Below are positions 49,856 through 55,783 of a DNA stretch of 55,783 nt, in pieces. The notes below the pieces were generated by a model. The model was not told the origin of the DNA. It was given only the letters and a program-made list of their open reading frames with translations, and did not search any database. Position numbers and translations under genes: made by a program. The DNA lies in contig NC_068985.1 of NCBI RefSeq assembly GCF_001194135.2, positions 84,520,194 through 84,575,976 on the forward strand, in the 5' to 3' direction. Each line of letters begins with the position of its first letter. The stretch's first letter is position 1. The stretch comes from Octopus bimaculoides (taxonomy: Eukaryota).

Positions 49856-50410
49856 TGCCTGGATACAGCACCAGGCAGTGGCTCTCATGGCTTCTGATCT
49901 TAATTGATTGAAAGTGTTATCATGTACATTGTTTTGTCTTGGTATAAAAGATGGACTACAGCAAATATTCTGCTTAATATCACAGATTTGCTTGTCAGTT
50001 GTTTGACCTTAATTAATTGAGCATGTCCCTTGGTGGCTGATGATATGTGCATCTCTGATCACGAGCAGAAGTAGTGGGGGAGCATCATAGCCATGTGTTG
50101 AGAGGAATTCTTTGGGATTTGAATAATTCACCTTTGGAAAGATGGGTGTTTTGCTCAACATCCTTAAACAAACCTTATTCAGGGACCTTTTGTGCGAAAT
50201 GGGTTACTCGACCTGAAGAAAATTCTAACTGGGCCCCACCTGCGAGATCATGCACTGTTTATCTTGATATGAGATCACCATGTCATGTACATATGGTTGT
50301 GATGCATGTGCCTGGTGTAACCTTATCAGACGGGTAGTCATGATGGGTATAATGGGCTTTGTATATTTTACCCCAGTCTCACTTTGATGGCATGCACTGC
50401 TCTCTCACTC
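49856..50410 (+). mobile_element. 555-bp interspersed repeat bounded by (AAT)n, probably the 3'UTR of a TAA-targeting non-LTR element
   Basis: Flanked on both sides by (AAT)n; no ORF homology seen; recalled as a frequent octopus repeat. Confidence 0.5.
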
Positions 50411-50438
50411 AATAATAATAATAATAATAATAATAATA

Positions 50439-50810
50439 TGCTTACTGATCAACCCATGATACCCATTTGATTCCAGGATGGAAAGAGGATGTTAAACAAA
50501 AAAATACAATCCCTTAAAATTTGAAATAGGGAGAATTTGGAGCATTAGAATAGTAAAGGTTATGCCTATAATAATTGGTGATCTGGGAGCAGTAAGTGAA
50601 GACATAGGCAAATGGCTGAAGGAGGTTGGAATAGAATACCTGGTAGAGCTCCTACAGAAAGTTTGTCTCTTAAGGACAGCAAGGATTATCAGGAAGGTTC
50701 TAAGAGCTTGAAAGATAGCTGAAAACTTGTGAATACCTAAGCTAACAGGTAGTAACCCACTACCCACATAAATCTTACCAGGAATTAGACCAAACCTGAG
50801 CCAAACCAAA
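50439..50810 (+). mobile_element. R4/Dong-type REL endonuclease C-terminal fragment plus 3'UTR
   Basis: Single frame 50439-50711 with 2 internal stops: CLLINP*YPFD..YNPLKFEIGRIW..VMPIIIGDLGAV..LLQKVCLLRTARIIRKVLRA*; (AAT)n on both sides. Confidence 0.9.
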
Positions 50811-50819
50811 ATAATAATG

Positions 50820-51730
50820 ATAATAATAATGGTTATCAATTTTGGCACAAGGGTAGCAATTTGGGGGTAATAAGTATGTTGATTACATCCATCCCCAGTA
50901 CTCAACTGGGACTTATTTTTTAAGCCCCGGAAGGAAGAAAGATAAAGTGAACCTCTGCAGAATATGAACTCAGAACATAAAGATGGTAAAAAAAGAACTA
51001 AGCATTTTCCCAACATGCTTTGTTGTTGTTGTTGTTTTCAGTAAGGCAGTGAGCTGGCAGAATTACTGGATGAAATGCTTAGTGGTATTTTGTGTGCCAC
51101 TACATTCTGAGTTCAAATCTCACCAAGGTCGACTTTGCCTTTCAGGGCTGATAAATTAAATATCAGCAAAACAATGGGATCGATGTACTCAACTTATCCC
51201 CTCTCCCAAATTTTAGGCCTTCTGCCTATAGTAGAAAGGATAATTATTATTAGTAAGGCAGCAAACTGGCAGAATCGTTAGCATCCCAGGCAAGATGCTT
51301 AATGGTATTTCGTCCATTTTTACGTTCTGAGTTCAAATTCCACCAAGGTCAACTTTGCTTTTCATCCTTTCAGGGCCAATGAAAAAAGTACCAGTTACAC
51401 TGGGGTGGAGTCATTGTAACTGACTATCCTCTCCCCCAAATTTCAGGCCTTTTGTCTAAACTAGAAAGGATTATTATTATTATTATTATTAGTAGTAGTA
51501 GTAGTAGTTAATAATCATTTCTACTGGAAGCACAAGGCCTCAAATTTGGGGGAAGGGATTAAGTCAATTACATCGATCTTAGTGCATAACTGGTACTTAT
51601 TTAATTGACCCTGAAAGAATGAAAGGCAAAGTCGACCTTCGAGGAATTTGAACTCAGAATGTAGTGACAGGCAAAATACCGCTAATTATTTCGTCCAACA
51701 TGCTATCGATTCTGCCAACTCGCTGCCCTA
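50820..51730. mobile_element. Cluster of 4 SINE group B copies in -,+,+,- orientation
   Basis: 50820-51018 (-), 51043-51250 (+), 51254-51490 (+), 51510-51730 (-). Confidence 0.9.
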
Positions 51731-52104
51731 GTAGTAGTTAATAATGATTCCTGTTACTGGCCAAAAATAGCCCATGACAATACATACAGGAAACATACAG
51801 GAATACAACCAACAGGAAACCATATGAGAATTTACGTTGAGTAAAAGGATAAGATCAACAACAACAAAAAAGACACATTTATAAAAAGATTAACAATAAA
51901 CAGAACCAAAATAGAGGAGCAAGTGCATCGACAAGGTGTTCAAAAGTAAACTCATAATATAAGAAATTTAGCTCCATCTTCTTTATTAAATCAATTTCTT
52001 AAATGTCTGTAGCATTTATCATTGATGTTTGTTTTGTTTCTTCTTGTTATTTAGCCCTAATTAAGCAAACATGATCAAAAGTGTTCCAGCCATGAAAATT
52101 CCAT

Positions 52105-52146
52105 CTAATTTTAGTTTTTTGTCTTTTTTTTTCTTTTATTACACAG
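52105..52146 (+). promoter_or_regulatory. Branch point (CTAAT) and polypyrimidine tract of the FUZ exon
   Basis: CTAAT at 52105-52109 (branch A 38 nt from the AG), then TTTAGTTTTTTGTCTTTTTTTTTCTTTTATTACACAG. Confidence 0.6.
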
Positions 52147-52242
52147 GTTCCATACCGTCTGCTTATTTTTAACCTAATAAAAGATGTTGAAGTTTGTCTG
52201 TTGTGTGGTTCAAGCCCAACTCTAGGAAAGCTCGAGAAAGAG
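52147..52242 (+). CDS. FUZ: Internal coding exon of a Fuzzy (planar cell polarity/CPLANE effector) homolog; equivalent to the human VPHRLL...SQLYPQ exon
   Basis: Long T-rich tract then ACACAG acceptor (AG 52145-46); 96-nt phase 0/0 exon, open: VPYRLLIFNLIKDVEVCLLCGSSPTLGKLEKE; consensus donor AG|GTAAGT (52243). About half identical to human FUZ VPHRLLTLTLLPSLELCLLCGPSPPLSQLYPQ as I recall it (also 32 aa); not database-checked. Confidence 0.88.
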
Positions 52243-52454
52243 GTAAGTGGACATTTTATTTATTTCTTCTTCCTTTCTCTTTGTCTCCGTTCATATGTTA
52301 TGTCTACAAGCATCAGCAATCATGGACCTTTAATATCAAAGTTTGAAGATTCATTATTTTTGGTGGGATAAAGAGAACAATGGTTCCCAGTTATCTTCTG
52401 CCAGTTTATTTAAAGTTTGTTCTACTAGCCTCCAGCTCTCCTGAACTTACCTAT

Positions 52455-52590
52455 AACCCTTTAACATTTAAACTGGCCATATCGGCCCAAATATTCTACC
52501 TGCTTTATGTTCAAACCAGCCAGATCTGGTCTCTCACACTTACCCTACAATGTCATTGTAAAAATAAACAATTACATCATCAAAATCTCA
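52455..52590. mobile_element. Possible piggyBac-type MITE fragment
   Basis: Starts ATAA-CCCTTT; only one end visible; family recalled, not verified. Confidence 0.35.
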
Positions 52591-52806
52591 CATTGCTTTG
52601 ATTTCATGGAAAGTATTTTGAATAAGTTAGTTTAGAAGAACCTGAACTTCCCTAAGTTTTTTCATTGGAAGATAGAAATTCTGTAACATGAAAACAAATT
52701 ATACAGTCCTACTGATTACAGCTCTAATCTGTATCAGCTCATGGTTCTTATTGACATCCAGTAGAATTATCTTATGAAACTTAAATACATTACTAGTTGC
52801 ACTTTA

Positions 52807-53021
52807 TGAGATAGGGGCTGAAAAGTTCCTGGCTTTGGGTGAAAGAAAATACAGAAGGATATGTTAATTATGATTTTATTCAACATATTACTCTCTCAGA
52901 TTCACACACTTATGGCAACAGTCCTTCCATTTTTCTAAACCCTGTAAAAGAACTCAGGTTGGGCCTCCAACCAGGTCTTTCACGATACCCTTAAAGCCAG
53001 GAACTTTTCAGCACCACTTTG
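52807..53021 (-). mobile_element. Mariner-derived MITE, second copy
   Basis: TA on both sides; TIR core GCTGAAAAGTTCCTGGCTTT / AAAGCCAGGAACTTTTCAGC; minus-strand QGLEKWKDCCHKCVNLRE*YVE*. Confidence 0.92.
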
Positions 53022-53619
53022 TATATGTATGAAAATTAATGTTTCATAACACTTAAAGCAGTTTCAGTACTAATCCATCTGAGACATTCTCACAGTCTGC
53101 AGTGCAAAACTATCCATTTTAAAGCATTCATGTTTAAAATAAAACTTCCATGATAATTCTGTTATGTTCCAAACACTAGCTAAAAGGTAGAGATTGATTA
53201 TTTTACTAAATTCATCCAGCTTCTAGATTATCTTCAAAATTAATTGAAACAAACAAGCAGTATATTTCATTAGATTTGATTATGAAAGGGCATTTTATGC
53301 ATCAGCACTGGCAGTTTTACTGTCACGTATTATGTAAAGAGGAAAGTTAGTGGTAAAAATCATCATTTAAACATACACTATATTTTGTTCTTATATTTTC
53401 CAAGGTAAATTTGGTTGAATTTTGAACCCAGAGTTTATATTTCTAAACTATTGATTTTAATGGACAAGAACATGATCAAACTTAATTTAGAACTAAAGAT
53501 CTATGCTTTAAAACCGCTTTGGGACTATGTACATAGCCAGGAGAATAAAACATCTGATGATAATCAGAGATCAAACTCACCTAAATATAATCTAGATGTA
53601 AGCATTAACAACATCTCTT

Positions 53620-54150
53620 TCATTGAACACTAAACTCGGCTTGCGAAGACCTGTTGGGGCAAGCGAAAGCGAAATCGTGATGGAACCTGTACCAGTGGAG
53701 CACTAAGAGCACCGTCCAAGCGTGATCGTTGCCAGAGCACCAGCTGTCTGGCTTCCATACCGGTGGCACGTAAATAGCACCATTTGAGCATGATCGTTTC
53801 CAACGTTGCCTTCCTGGCACTTGTGCCAGTGGCACGTGAAAAGACATTCGAGCGAGATCATTGCCAGTACCACTGGACTGGCTCCTGTGCAGGTGGCACG
53901 TAAAATACACCATTTCGAGCATGGCCATTGCCAGTACTGCCTGACTGGCCTTCGTGCCGGTGGCACGTAAAAGCACCCACTACACTCTCCGAGTGGTTGG
54001 CGTTAGGAAGGGCATCCAGCTGTAGAAACTCTGCCAAATCAGATTGGAGCCTGGTGTAGCCACCTGGTCCACCAGTCCTCAGTCAAATCGTCCAACCCAT
54101 GCTAGCATGAAAAGCGGACGTTAAACAATGATGATGATGATGATGATGAT
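53620..54150 (+). mobile_element. 5'-truncated RTE LINE 3'UTR
   Basis: About 5 internal GGTGGCACGTAAAA-containing units and a (GAT)n tail; same family as 19310-20007. Confidence 0.9.
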
Positions 54151-55083
54151 ACATTTTCATCTCTAAAGATGAGGTTAACAATTCAGAAAAATTATAAGCT
54201 TTTCACTATATTTTTTTTGTTATATATATTCTCTTGTTACATCTCTCTATTTCTTATACTTTTATTTCAAGAATGCCAATTTTTTTTTTTTTTTTGCCTT
54301 TTTAAGTCACCAGCTTCTATCTATCAGTTTTTACCATTGTTTTACAACCATTGTTTGTTTAGTTTTCTTTTTACTTTATTCTTTTTTCTCTATTACATTT
54401 AAAATTTTATTCCTTATATTCAATTCTTACACCAAGTGAGTCTTTCTTCAATATTTCAACTAACCAGTTTGACAGAGTTCATCATTCTCCAGCCTAATGA
54501 TTTTGATCTGAAATTACCTGAAGTGTAAATAGCTCAACCAGGCATTCAGTTGGCATCACAGAACTTGGTTTTCTGGGAAACTACCAATCCTTTACCACAC
54601 TCACCAACATATACATAAGTTCACTTCACAATCATGAGATCCCAGTTTTGGTCCAGCTGTATGACATCTTCTGACATGAAAGAAATAACTTTAAAACAGT
54701 TCTATTACAAATTATGTTATCAGATTTATTACTGGGATTGTTTATTATTATCAATTGCATTTTGTCTATGAGAAAGTCAAACCTACAACTAATTCTAAAT
54801 ACAGTTAAAAGCAACTCACTAAAACTGTTTGGTCATATCAAGAATTCAACTTTTCTGGATTTTTTTCTCCTGAAAGCTATCTGCAGAATATAATTCCTAG
54901 AAAGTGAAACTGAGGGTAACCTAACAGCAGAGAAAAAGATAAGATCCTAAAATGGTTTTAGTGTCAACAATAGGCAGTGAAAAGAGAAAGATGGGGGGAA
55001 ATATGTTGACGATGTTTCATGTTTTGTTGTATGGGGGAAATAATGAGTGAGAAGACCAAATTATTTTTATTGTATTTTCACAG

Positions 55084-55187
55084 ATAACAAGGTTCTGGAA
55101 ACCAGCTCTCGACACTTTGAAATCAGTCCGACAGATTTTCCCAAGAAATTTTCAAATTACCTCATCCATTGATCCAAACATTCTTGG
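55084..55187 (+). CDS. FUZ: Next coding exon of the Fuzzy homolog
   Basis: TTATTTTTATTGTATTTTCACAG acceptor; 104 nt, phase 0/2: ITRFWKPALDTLKSVRQIFPRNFQITSSIDPNIL(G); donor G|GTAAGT at 55188. In frame with the previous exon; matches recalled human LLERWWQPLLDPLRACLPLGPRALPSGFPLHTDILG (R-x-W-x-P-x-LD, PR, ILG). Confidence 0.88.
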
Positions 55188-55404
55188 GTAAGTGAAGCAG
55201 TTTCTTTTTATTTTATTTTAACTATTCTGATAAACAAATAACATACAAAAAAAAAACACAGAAAAGGAGAAAAAAGAAATGAAGAGTAAAAGAGAAAGGA
55301 AAAAGAAAAGAAAATACAAGAGGTTGAGTTTTTGTTAATTTGTTGATAATTGATCTGATACTGAACCTATCTTTAGAGATGAAAGACATTTTTTTAATAC
55401 TTAA

Positions 55405-55430
55405 TCTATATATATAAAAATGAGAATGTG

Positions 55431-55461
<31 letters not shown>

Positions 55462-55783
55462 GTGAATCCCTAAAACTCGAGAACTACACTACCAATTTCA
55501 TTCAAATTTTACACATGCCTTACTTAGGGTTCCAGTTGTGTTTTAGTCAAAAAAAATTATTAACTTCTTGCAGAGTTCGAGCACACGGCAACATAATATC
55601 TCCTCCACTATTTAAGTATTACGTGTCAAAAGTGAAACAAAAACACTCATGTCAAATACTTTCACTTTAAAAATGAAACTATTCCACTAACTGAAACAAT
55701 CACATTTCGATACTGTAGTGACAGATACTTTCACAGAGAGAGAAAGAGAGAAAGAGAGAGACAGAAAGAGAGAGAGAGAGAGA
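55405..55783 (+). mobile_element. 5' part of a non-autonomous Helitron-type element
   Basis: A|TCTATATATATAAAAATGAGAATG followed by (TCTG)n, a typical Helitron start; 3' end is outside the window. Confidence 0.6.

Larger units (their letters stand above)
52243..55083 (+). other. FUZ: GT-AG intron (2841 bp) between the two FUZ exons
   Basis: GTAAGT...CAG bounded by the two in-frame exons; contains a mariner MITE and an RTE 3'UTR. Confidence 0.85.

Noticed and set aside
53636-53670. HDV-like ribozyme in the RTE UTR unit (GCTTGC/GCAAGC stem followed by GCGAA)
   Set aside because: I could not build the P1/P2/P3 nested pseudoknot by eye; needs a descriptor search.

Overview
This is AT-rich, gap-containing animal genomic DNA, packed with microsatellites and decayed transposable elements. 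I recognise the repeat families as octopus-like (coleoid cephalopod); that assignment is from memory, not a database search. The only host-gene sequence I can support is two short + strand coding exons, 52147-52242 and 55084-55187. They have canonical splice signals, join in frame and resemble the third longin region of Fuzzy (FUZ, CPLANE/planar cell polarity effector). Both are absent from the supplied ORF track. I found no preceding FUZ exon, so positions 1-52146 probably belong to one very large intron. The rest of the window contains at least three tRNA-derived SINE groups (called A, B and C here), five RTE-type LINE relics, two R4/Dong-type RT/REL relics, Penelope-like relics (a GIY-YIG fragment and hammerhead-like termini), a Tc1-like and a maT-like transposon, several MITEs, Helitron-type elements, local duplications and hairpins. 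Nearly all other listed ORFs are microsatellite, N-gap or TE artefacts. I see no convincing wholly new biological system. The best leads are: minimal hammerhead-ribozyme relics inside the putative pre-mRNA; two local templated duplications that interrupt SINEs; retroposon pile-ups at (TAA)n in which SINE and LINE have opposite polarity; a 165-bp palindrome; and an inverted SINE cluster just upstream of the FUZ exon.
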